64,000 nt of DNA from Phoronis australis (taxonomy: Eukaryota > Animalia > Phoronida), in contig NMRA01000110.1 of assembly GCA_002633005.1 (NCBI GenBank), positions 333,850 through 397,849 on the forward strand, written 5' to 3'. The notes beneath the pieces were generated by a model, which was given only the letters and a program-made list of their open reading frames with translations, did not search any database and was not told where the DNA came from. The translations under genes and the position numbers were made by a program. Below, piece by piece: positions 13,401 through 25,700 of the stretch (position 1 is the stretch's first letter; every line of letters starts with the position of its first letter).

Positions 13401-16400
13401 GGACCTTTTTGCTTCAGGAGATTGGGATCTTCTTCTCGTGTTACTTTTCGGACTCAGTATTTGAATGGCTAGGGCATAGGACTGTCTCGCAGCGCCACTG
13501 GTCTCAGGAAAGCACATATTAGAAGGACTGGGTCAGTCTGCGTGCTCTGAACGCGTGTTGATGACCTCTCACTTCGAGATTATGATAATAACAAAGAAAT
13601 TCTAGATAAAGTCGCTCGTAATAATATTTTGATATCCCTCATTTTACACTCCGCCGAAAGTAGTTCGGCCAGTAAAACGTTTTTATTTTCTTTACTTTCA
13701 GTGTTGGGGAGCGGTCATTTTTGTTTCAAAAAAACTGATTTCGTCTTCGTGGTTGCAAAATAGTTTGAGAACATATTTACTGTCGGTCGCGCGCGGATAT
13801 ACAAACTCAACTTCAACTTCATAGCTATTCTCTTAGTTAATTTGTTTTGACGTTGAGTCCAAATGGCTGCAGTTGATTAAAACGAATCTGTAGCATTTTT
13901 ACATGGAAAAGTATTAGTTCTGGGATCAATTTCATGTAACTTCAAGGGAGATACACCCCGGATGTAAACAGTATTTATCAAACCATAGAATTCTATTGGT
14001 GCAACTTTTTAAACACTTACAAGAAACACAGTACGTCATCAAGTCAACTTTTAAGAAAAATGCCATTGAAAACACATTTCGGCATCAGTGAACAACATCA
14101 CTGGTGAAAATAAACGAAAGGTTCCAATACGTCATAAAACTTTACAAAAATCAAATTTTCAAGCAACTTTCGTTACATCTTTTGAATACTGCTATCAACC
14201 AAAAATGAGCAATTTAGGGATGCAGATAAAAAATGGTAAACATTTGTCAATATCCAGTTTTTGGATACTTCCATGACTCCTTGAACATGGAATAACACAA
14301 CTTTTTGCTCCACATAGTTTATGTTTTCACGAGGCCCATCCAAATTGTTTCAAAAACGGTTTCCGTTGATTGTAAGTGATTTTTTACTACAATGTTGATG
14401 AGAACGGGACGCCGGATGGAGTCGTTGGCAGACGAGTAGGGCAGAGTTTGACAAAGTTGAATTTGCTGTTGAAACGGCAGCTTTCCGAGGCCCTGTGGCG
14501 TGTCCTGGAATGGAGTTCGTGTCCAATAAAAGTAGAAGACACGTAATCCAGAACTGAGGTCCGATTTTGTACTATTGTTTCGCATTTCCTATTTTTCATA
14601 ATATTGTTAAGAAATTATCTCCACCGTTCCCATACTCGTTCGGTTGAAACAGTTTGAAAACCTAAAATCATCACTTGCTTACTATAAACATCAAAGCGAT
14701 CCAGCTATTTTGTCATTTAAAGTAGTTTTGGATTTTACCCCGTTGGGCGATAGGAGGCGGTTTGATTTTGTAAAAACTTCTGCAATTTTGCTCGTTAGAT
14801 TTGTTTAGTGTAACAAGAATACTTAAATGTATCCGAGGCAATTTACTTTAACATCAACTCTAAATTTCAACATTTCGCCATTGGCAAATCACACATTTGA
14901 AAACTACACCTTTGAATGAGACGGTAAACGTGAAAATATAATTGTTAGGTGAAAGTAGACACGAAGCCTTTTTATAAAACTCAAGGTTCATACGACCAGC
15001 AGCACAGTCAGTATGGTTCCTCAATGACAACACCATCATCCGGATATGTACACGCTTCTCTAACGAACGTCTGAACATTGAAGGTATATGGAACACTCCG
15101 TTATTCCACACCGTCAGGTCGCAATACGTAACTAGACAACACATCACCGAGTGCATGTCCTACGCCACAGGCGATCGCCTGTAACGGAGACTCAGCCGAT
15201 TTACTTTTAGATTGAAGAAATGAAGAGTACTATCAACCTGTATGGAACCAGCTACCAGTGAAAAATAGATTGTATACAAACACCTGGCCAATATCGGTTG
15301 ATGGAATACACAAGAAGAACACCAGCTTTACCTCAAGTAGGGTTGGTGGCAATCCTGTGATAGAGGATAGCAGGTCGTGCCTCTTGGCAGGCAACGAGAA
15401 GGCGAAAACTGAACACCTGGATTTTACGGCTTCTTGACACCACACGTGGCGATTTCAATCAATCCCCGTTCTGTCACGTGATCTACTAAGGCATCTCTGG
15501 CGTTTTACTTGAATGATAAAAGCAGGATTGTCTCTACGTCACACATTCCTGGAGTTAAGTCTGGAGATACGCAACATTATTTTCAGAGAACCGGATAGGA
15601 AGGTCGTTCTTGACATCTCCTTAAAGGCATACCAGTAGCATGCTTTCGTTAATAAATTCGAAGAACAGACTTGTTGATTGTATGTGTACATCATACTGTT
15701 GCCATGGTAATAATTGAGAAAGGAACTGATTGGCATACAATGCTTATTACGATTTTTTCAAATGCAGAGCAGACAAAGAACGAGGATGATTATCTCCCCT
15801 GTATGTGCTTGTTGTACACATAATTCAATCGGACGAGAATGTCCAAATCCCACCAGTTTATTCACTAATACCCAAGAAGATCATTACACTCATAAATGCA
15901 CATAATCAAAAGAACAAATGATAGGGTTTGATATTTAAAAGTCTCACTGACAGAGAAAACGTGTCTCATCCAGGAAACTGGTACACACCTGAAACTATTG
16001 TCTGGTAAATAACAAGTGTTGGTAAAAGCCCGTATGTAAACCTGTAGTCAGTGAAATGTGTAACATGAAGAGTCAAGATACATTCATTGCAAGCAACTTT
16101 TAAAACAAATAAGATTAAATCCACAGGCAAACGAGAGCGCTTGGAGGAGCGACACTTGACGAAATTAACCGACGACTGGGGAGGACGACGACGATTATGA
16201 CGATGACGGCGGCAAACACGATAACATTCATGTGACTAGCGAACAAATCAGTAAGAAATAGGCTTCAATCTTGTTCATGAACCCAGTTTCTCGGACGGCA
16301 GACAACAGAGGTTGATAGTAAATGACAGCCACCGGTTTGCATCAAAAGTAGGTAAAAACTTGGCTTTTCTCATTCAAAAACACAAGTAAACCAGTTTCCT

Positions 16401-16683
16401 GGCATCTGTTTACAACAGATTCCTCGAACAACGAGCCAAACCTGACATACGCCCTGTATATGAATTGTAGGCACTACAAAATGCCCCGCACGTGGCCGCG
16501 GCCTGACTGTCTACCTCTAGTAGAATCTTGAGCGACACCCGCTACGCGAAATAACGACGATGATGATTGTGATGATGAAGGTGGAGATTATGAGCAACAG
16601 TGTAACACCTATGTGACTAAAGAAGATGTGAGAAATCAGTAAATAGGCTACAGCCTTGAACAACAATTGATGAACAGCAAAAT

Positions 16684-17990
16684 CGGTCAACAAAGGAACA
16701 GCGTTTTCAAAAGATCTCGAATAATTCAAAAAGTAGAAGTCCTAGCGACAAATTGAAAATATCTTCTAAAAGTCCGTTCAAAACTTTATCTAACCTGGCA
16801 GTTTTTCAAAAGTCCGTAAACTCTTAGAAAAAAATGAAATTTTGCGTTTTTTTGGAAATAAAGTCAAATAACTCGAACGGTAAGTCTGACAAGAACGTTA
16901 TCGCAGCACTTTTGAAAGAGCATACTTCAAGGAATCCACATGCAAAAATTCACGTCATTTGCTCTTCCCATTAAAAATGCGACCGCGGAACAATCGAAAA
17001 TGGGTGAAAATGCGCCAGAGCCGCCATTTTGAAAGTGACTTCCGGTTAAACAAACTTATAATAGCCAATCAAACGAAACAAACAGGTGACGAGATTGAAA
17101 ATGATTGGGTCACCAATGCGCCCTCTACAGGGGAAGACGTTTTCGGCCAGATATCGAGGTGCGCATGCGCCATTGCCGATATTTCCGTCATCTTTAACTG
17201 GAACCCAGGACCAATATCTCAAATATGTATATTACTCCCAGCTGGAACTTAACGATTTACCGCGCAGTTGTAGCGCTTGTGTGCTTAATGAAAATCGAAC
17301 CAGTTTTCAGCCCTGTGCGTCGAAATATGCGGCCTCTATGAGCAATGTCTTCATGGCCTTGTTTAATAGAAGCTAAACCAACTTCAGTGCAGCAAGCCCG
17401 GTCAACAAAGGAACAGCGCTATCAGAAAATCTCGAATAATTCAAAAGTAGACATCGTAGCGAAAAAGCCCGTTCAAAACTCTATCTAAATAGATAGCTTT
17501 GCAAAATTCCATAAATTTTCGGAAAAATTGAAATTCTGCGTTTTTTGAAATTCAAAGTCAACTCGAAAACGGTAAGTCTGAGGAAAACGTTATCGGAGAA
17601 CTTTTGAAAGAACATACTTCGAGGACTCCACATGCAAAAATTCACATCAGTTGCTCTTCCCATTAAAAATGCGACCGCAGAACAGTCGAAAATGGGTGAA
17701 AATGCGCTAGAGCCGCCATCTTGAAAGTGACTTCGGTTAAACAAAATTTTATAAAAGCAAATTAAAAGCAACGAACACGTGACCAGTTTGAAAATGATTG
17801 GTTTGCCAATGCGCCCTCTACAGGAGAAAACGTTTTTGGCCAGATATCAAGGTGTGCATGCGCCATTGCCAATATTTCCGCCATCTTTGACCGGAAGTCA
17901 ACGACTTAGGCGCAGGTATAGCACTTTAGTGGTATAATAATTGTACCAATTTTCAGCCCTGTTCATCAAAAAATGCGGTCTCTATGAGCA
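16684..17990. repeat. Two diverged ~715-bp direct repeats, probably the internal array of a non-autonomous DNA element
   Basis: CGGTCAACAAAGGAACAGCG... at ~16684 and ~17399. Colinear blocks (TTGCTCTTCCCATTAAAAATGCGACCGC, CCAATGCGCCCTCTACAGG, TTTTCAGCCCTG) occur in both copies. Confidence 0.8.
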
Positions 17991-19482
17991 TTTGACTCTA
18001 AATCCGGAAACAAAATGGCCACCAAGTCCGCCAATTGATCATGACCAAAAACAATAGACTTCCAGATCTACACGTCGTGTGCGAATTTTGTGCGGATCGG
18101 ACAAAAATTGTGACTTATAGAGTGCGAACAAAAAAAATTGATGACAGAGCAACATACTTGTATAAGTAATAAACATTCTAAAAGAAAACAAATAATATTT
18201 AATGTGTTACAGCTTCTTCTCAAATGACTAGTTAGTAAAGTTCACCTGAAACTACTCTAAGTAAAGGCATATACATAACAAAAAACAACACTTCAAAAAT
18301 GTTATCAACACAATTGTATTCAACCAACCATCACAAACCTGACAATTTAGTAAGACTAAAGTATTGTAGATACTTATTATACCTAATAACTGCCAAAAGA
18401 TTCCGTGTTTAATAAAACATCGTTATGAATGTTATCCCGAGTGCTTTCATACATGTGCAGCAAACGCAAACCAACAAGGTGACATCTGCATTCCAAACAA
18501 TGCCAAAAGGGGTCTCTGGCTAGATGCAAACTTAACACTGTTTCAAACAATGCCACAAGAGTACTCCGTCTAAACAGAAACATAGCACTGTAAAAAAATA
18601 AAGTGAGCAACAGTGAAAAAATACAGCCAAGCTCCCATCTGAAAATGGCCAAAAGGGGTCATGAGTGGCTGGAATTCTCACAAACTGACAAGGATGTCTA
18701 ATTCTTGATGTAATTGCTTAGGCAAAATTTTAGGTACCAAAAACTGGTATCACACAAGTTCACAATAAAAATAAACCATTCTAGAATAAAATCTGACTGA
18801 GCATAAGATAACACATCTGGCTGATTACCCACAGTAAATGACTATCAAAGATACTGCCAATAATATATAAATATTTAAATCCTCATATCAATAAAGCTAT
18901 TTCATTTATCAAAATAACAACGTTTGACAATTCAACATCCAAAAACATTTCACTCTATTGTGCTCACATTTGCTAATGCCACTATTTTCCCCAACTACAG
19001 CTCAACTGTAAGATCGTCAAAGCCACAGATGTATTTAGCATAATACAACAGATCAGGTCAAGCAACCAACTGATGAGACAGCAGTAGACTACAATGAACA
19101 ACAGTGGATTGAGAGCTACAAGTAGTGTCTAGCGGCACATCCTGTAGGCTAAACCTAAAATACTGAAATTGACCACTGAAAATAAAATGAAAGTTACACA
19201 TTTTGTAAAACAAAATAAGTCTGAATGTAGAGCTTGTTCCTTAACACTAGAGGCATCTAGCGCAAACAAACTAATTTATGACAAAAATGGGATAAATTTG
19301 ATTACATTCCAATCAAGTTAAAAATGAGATTCAAAATCCCTCAGTAGACAATGGACATCACAAAGTGGCATCACTGCTTATTGGATCATGGGTAATGCAA
19401 CTTAGTATTTCTAATACATTGGAACAGGTCTGTTGGAATACTTTGATTGACATGGACTTTTTGGTATCAGCTGATTAGCTAT

Positions 19483-19708
19483 CAGACCTGTCACTCACAA
19501 GATCTGACATCCCCAGCAGCACTGCTGTGGATAGTCAGGGCCATACACCCTTCTACTAGTCCCGTACACCCAGACCCTTGTGCTGACAGTGGATTGGCCA
19601 CCAGACCTGTCACTCACAAGATCTGACATCCCCAGCAGCACTGCTGTGGATAGTCAGGGGCATACACCTCTCTGCTTGTTCCGTAAACCCAGAATCTTGT
19701 GCTGACAT
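19483..19708 (-). repeat. 119-bp tandem duplication of the SSUH2 C-terminal coding sequence and stop codon
   Basis: CAGACCTGTCACTCACAAGATCTGACATCCCCAGCAGCACTGCTGTGGATAGTCAGGG occurs twice; stop codons at 19614-19616 and 19495-19497. Confidence 0.95.
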
Positions 19709-22700
19709 CTTTCCACTTATACGCAACTTCCGTCACAGGAACAGCTCTCAGTGTTTGACGCTACAAAGTAAAGTATATTCCATGTTATTCATAGTGATCC
19801 TAAAACAACCTAAATTGTTGAGTCTGGTACCAACATTCTACAGTCACTTACCCAGAATGCACAACTGTGCGATGATGAATGATGTCAAAAGCTGTCCAAC
19901 AATCTATGAAAGCAACATATAGGCAAGTGCAAGATGTTATTGCTACAAATCAAACATAGAAATTTCATGTCACGAGGCTCTGGCTTTATATATCAAGTGC
20001 TGCACAAAAGTTTTTACACAGTAACAAAGTTGCAGTTTTCTAACCTGTTGCAGAATGCGTTTGTCTGGCCATTTCGTTTGGTGTAACTCGACGAAGGCAA
20101 TGGAGCGCTCGTTGATCTGTCCAACAGGGTAGGCAGTAATTGGAAATACCTGAACAAAGTGATAGATTATTTTGTAACAGGTTGGCTGAACATGATCTAC
20201 AATTTACTAATAGATGGCAGCACTGTCTACTACTACATAGAAAGTGAAAAATCTTGAATTCATGCAAGATAAAAGGCATATTACGTGTATCTAGTCTCGC
20301 AACTCATAAAAATAAGTGCCCACTGCATCAATTTTAGTTAAGTTCACAACCTTTCAAAGACACAATACAATGCATTGGCATTGCAAGCGTTGACCTCAGA
20401 GGTAGAAGTTTGAGGATAAATAACAACTAAAGAATACACAATCAAATCAATTTTCAAAAGAAAACAAACCAGAACAAATTATTTTTAGCCAAAGTTGTAA
20501 ATACTCAACAAAGAAATATCAGTTGACTTGCGTGAAAAGCGTTCACTTTTAAATGATTACGCCTCAAACATGAGTTGAATTTGCATAAAATGTGTCATAA
20601 GAAATATAAGGGTTCTAAGGCATTCAATGTATCATGCAAGTCAAGGATTAAACACTCAGACAGAGCAAAGCATAAGAAATTAACCTTCACAACAGTTACG
20701 TGTACCTACCATAGGTAATGTCTGCTCAAATATGACAATACCGCCGACGTCTTCCACTAGTTTATCTGGCATGTCCGTCTCCTCAATCACATGATCATCA
20801 TCATGCGTCTTACTAAAAACAAACAGAGCATTTACTAAAGACACAGTATTTACTGAGGGTAATGGTCTGATATAATGTACCCGAATTTTGATAACCAGTT
20901 TTCCCCACTACATAACGGGCATCAAACTGGTTCTCAAAATACGGGCACATTACACCTGACTATTGCCTTTACGGAGGATAGACATAAATTCACTGAGGGA
21001 AGAATATTTAGGGCATCAAACTAACACAGTATACCTGGACGCAATACGTTTTAAAGAGCAAATGTTATAGCTATTATATTATCATTAATGATTCTATTAC
21101 ACAGTCATCACCATTATTACAAATTGACAGTACACAATATTATAATTTTTATCATATTTTTTACTTAACATAGGCCCATATATTAGGCTTTTGTATTCAA
21201 ATGTTACACTCTTCAGAATAATTTCATTAGAATTCAGACAAGGTTCCCTTAATGGCAGCTAATGACTTGACTTCAGGACCAGTGTACTGACATATCAAAG
21301 TTTGACTTCAGGACCAGTGACATCACTGACATATCATTGCTTCAGCAAACTCTACTATGGTTGTTATTACCTTTTGCATCTAATAAACATTCTGGCATTG
21401 TTGAAAGTCAATACTCAAAACATAAGGTAAAAACCTCATGACAAGACATGCAGATGAAATTTTTTTGTTACATTCCATGAACGAAAAGCAGAAAAATTAG
21501 TGCTTCATGCAGATCCATGGCAACTATCTGAGCATTGAGAACAATGTTGGAAGAATTTGAATTATGGAAAAGGATAACTTTGGCAAATTATTGGTGAGAC
21601 GTCACCAAACTAACAGTGTTGTTAGGACTCCTGTCATTATATTATGGACAATGACACTTACAACTTGACCGTTAACAAGATAAAATGACGCAGACGCCGG
21701 TAACCATGGCAGACGGGACATGTCACTCTTCCGTCACCTCCACATGTGAAACACCTGCAATTATTAATTAGTGTTAGATATATGATTAACAGGTAACAAT
21801 GAACATTAGGAACACTACAAACACAGTGAGCTATCTTCTGTATCAATGTAAATTTGATGTTATAATAACTATTAACACAACAAAGCAAGTGAAAAAGTGA
21901 ATACCAACTATACCTGGCCAGTATTGGTCATGTGATGGTCATGTGACTAGTGAGAAAATACATAAACACTTATTAATCAATTCATCACCAACAAGCTACT
22001 GCAAAGTGTCGACATACTAGTATGTCTCAAAGTGTCGACATACTAGTACGTCTCAAAGTGTCGACATACTAGTACGTCTCAAAGCGTTGACAATACTAGT
22101 ACATCTCAAAGTATGATATTCACTCCAGGAATACAACTGTCTTCTTTTGTCGAGACAGAAAATCATCACTGCGTAGAAACAAAGCAGTCAAAGAGAACAT
22201 GAGAAAAATTTTCTGGAGAAAGATGTCTTGGTCAGACAAAATCTGACTTGCTAATCGAAATTTTTACCAATAAGTCCCTGGTTGGTAACAACATTCATTC
22301 TATCAAGGATTAAGGAAGAAAAACAAAGTGGGAAAGTCATATCCAGATGTCCAGTGCCTCTCTGCTCCCTGGCTTGGTTAGTGGTATTCATGCTGTGAAC
22401 AGCCCCATTAAACAAGATAAGAATCCATTTGGAGAAATCTTTTGAATTTCTCCAGTGTGATGAGATCAAATGCTCTCACTAGGGGGCTAATCATCAATAA
22501 AGTGACTCAAATTCACCAGGTCACATAGTGTGGGTAATAACTGTCTCTTATGAGATCACATCTTGGTTGCTTTCTTTTAGGGACATGGAAACTACGGGGA
22601 GTAAAAGTTTGTAGGTTTTTGAATTTTCAAAATTGGTGAAATAAAAGCAGTTTTGTCAACAAAAACCCAAGAATTGAAATAAGCATTGGAAAGTAGTTCC

Positions 22701-25700
22701 CAGCATGGATTAATCTACTTATACTGCATCACTGACTCACAACAGAAACTGGGAATGAGAGAATGGGGATAAAACAGGGTTATGATGATGTAATGACACC
22801 AGGGTTATGATGATGTAATGACACCAGGGTTATGATGATGTAATGACACCAGGGTTATGATGATGTAATGACACCAGGGTTATGATGATGTAATGAAACC
22901 AGGGTTATGATGATGTAATGATACCAGGGTTATGATGATGTAATGATACCAGGGTTATGATGATGTAATGATACCAGGGTTATGATGATGTAATGACACC
23001 ACGGTTATGATGGTGTAATGATACCAGCATAATGCATTATAGAAATAAAAGACTAGAAAAGACAACCACTGTAAGAAAGTGAGACCACCTTCTGCGTCCA
23101 TCACCACCACAACTACCACAGCGTACAGTCTGACTATGACCTTCGGCATCATGCCGTGTCTGACGACCATCTCCACCACAGGAAACGCACTTAATCTGAC
23201 CACATCCCCAACAGTGGGAACAGCGAAGAAAGCCGCGACCATGGCAACGATGACAGTTCTGAAACACAAGTTAATCAATGAGCCAGAGAAGGTCAAGTGC
23301 TGGTCACATTTTCAATATTCATTGAAACACATGTTTTATTGTTACACATTATTTCTTTCCTTCATAGAGTTATAGCAAAAAGTGTTCAACCAAAGATTAT
23401 GAGGGAATGATATTTTGTCGGTTTCCTTCTGGCTTATACTGTGGATGAGAGATCCAGATAAACAAGAGCTAGAGTTATATGTTCACCTTGACAAGCTTCA
23501 GTGATACTACCCTGGCACAAGTCTTAAGATCAGGACAGCAGACATAAACATGTCTGGGAAGTTCACATTGTTCCTAGCCCCAGTCACTTCATGACCATGA
23601 TTTGATGTGTGTGAGTTCTGGTGCTTGTTGCCAAACACGAGTCATGCAGTGACAATGCTTTCAACTCAAACAAGCTTGAATGAGAGTAAGTGGGATACAC
23701 ACAAAGAATTTGACAAAATTTTCTCAGTACTTAATACAAAAAGAACATCAACTGACACCTACAGGTCACTTCAGTAAAATGAATACAGCACAGTAGTGAG
23801 ATATTGGACAGAAATACGACAGCCGACCAATGAACAATCTGTGGTCTTATTCCTGTCCAGTCAACTTACCCTGACTTCAGAGGTGTGAGGAACCTCAAGT
23901 TCCTTTTTCTGCTTGTCAAACAATTTATCAGGAAGGCACTCAATCATCCAGGGGTGGGGTGGTACACCGTTCTCTGGGCCATCCACATAACCGCCCTTAT
24001 ATGGCTTGAATTTCCGACACGTGGATCGGCTCTCACAGTAGGACTCCAACTTATACTGCAACATACCATGATAAATGCAGCACTTGTTTGGGCTAAAGAC
24101 AAGATGGATCACAATAGAGCTTAAATAATGAAAATTGGGCCAACTAACTCAACTTTGAATTGGGTCAACTAACTCAAATTGGGCCAACTAACTCAAATTG
24201 GGCCAACTAACTCAAATTGGGCCAACTTCAAAACAAACCAAATTTACAATTATGACCAATCTTTTAAAATCAATTAACCTCAGAACCTGATGGTAGAATG
24301 TGTAAAATTGGACATGTCAACTCGCAGTGACACAAAATCGCTACAATCTTTCAAGAGCTGAATATGGTCATGACTGCCTCACACACATTTGCGTCTAATG
24401 TTGTTCATTGGTATCATGTAGTTAATGCAATTGGACTAATTTGGTCAAACTTATAAATAGACTGTTCACGGCACATCCCAGCTTGTATGGTTGCACTATA
24501 TGCTTATACAGTAGCTGTGGCCACTTGGCACTCCCTGCCTGTACATTCATTGTCAGAGGTAAGCCAGGTTTGAGGGCAGTTTCGAGATAGGCAGATTGCC
24601 TGTATTTGTGGTATATTGTGAATGAGGAAAGTCCACTAGTTCTGCACTGTAGATATACTTTTCGTCAAAATGACGGGCATCTGTAGCACTGCATTCACAT
24701 CGCTCAAGGACAAAGAAATCTGCAGTGATCTCATGAAGCCTTCAAACAAGCCACAGTTGAAATAGTCTGATTGGATGACAACACTTTTGGACATTTGTGG
24801 AATCTGTTGTAAATTTGCTTTCATGCAGAATGAGTGTTGACAGGGAAGTGGGCTGAAAATTGTCAGTTGTTTGTCATTTTTTGGACCCTTGGCTTCTTTT
24901 TGGTGGAAATTAAAGGAACAAAAATATCAGACAAAATAAAGTATCTAAGGTAACATGTTGCCATTTTGAGGTGAACTACTTAAACATGTCATTTCATTAA
25001 TAGGCTTTTCGGCGGAGCGGAAGAAAAGTGAGAAGTCACGTGATGTGAGCATACGCAGACAAAACCCTGAGTGAGACTGACTGTACAGTGTCTCCCACAT
25101 CTCTTCATCAACGTACATCAACAAAACCTGTCATGTCATTTTGACAATAACCCGCAAACAAGCAATATTTCATCATCAGTTAAATCTAGTCTTCACTATG
25201 CCATAACAAATCACAGACTCAGTCTACTGATACCACCCTCTGCACACTTGACTGTAATGAAATACAACACATTTTGATCAGACAAAATTATATCTGTATG
25301 TGGTTTCTTTTCTAAATGATATGACCAATATTGAAAGTCAAATTTGAGAATTTATTTTATTTCACACAAAAAACAAGATCACTTCCCACTTTAATTTGCC
25401 AACTTATTTGTCTTGGTATAATAATAACAATAACAATAATAATAATAATAATAAGTTGTAAGGACAACATCACTAAACAAAAACAAAGTCTCCTAACAAA
25501 TACCCTAATTCTAAAAGGCATATTTCTAAACAATGCTAAGTTCTAAACAAATCTAAGTTTTCGATAAGCAGACCAACTTGAAGCAACACATAAGCAAAGC
25601 AATTACACTAGCCTCATTTTCACTTACATGCAAAGCAATAGATGGCGCTATGTTCTTGATGTCCATTTGCTCTGCACAACCTTTCCCATAGCAACACTGC

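Noticed and set aside
12930-13600. Coding-like GC-balanced stretch on the minus strand
   Set aside because: Multiple stops in all frames examined and no recognisable motif; at best an unidentifiable relic.
19068-19110. CTGATGA as a second hammerhead core
   Set aside because: No stem II followed by GAAA.
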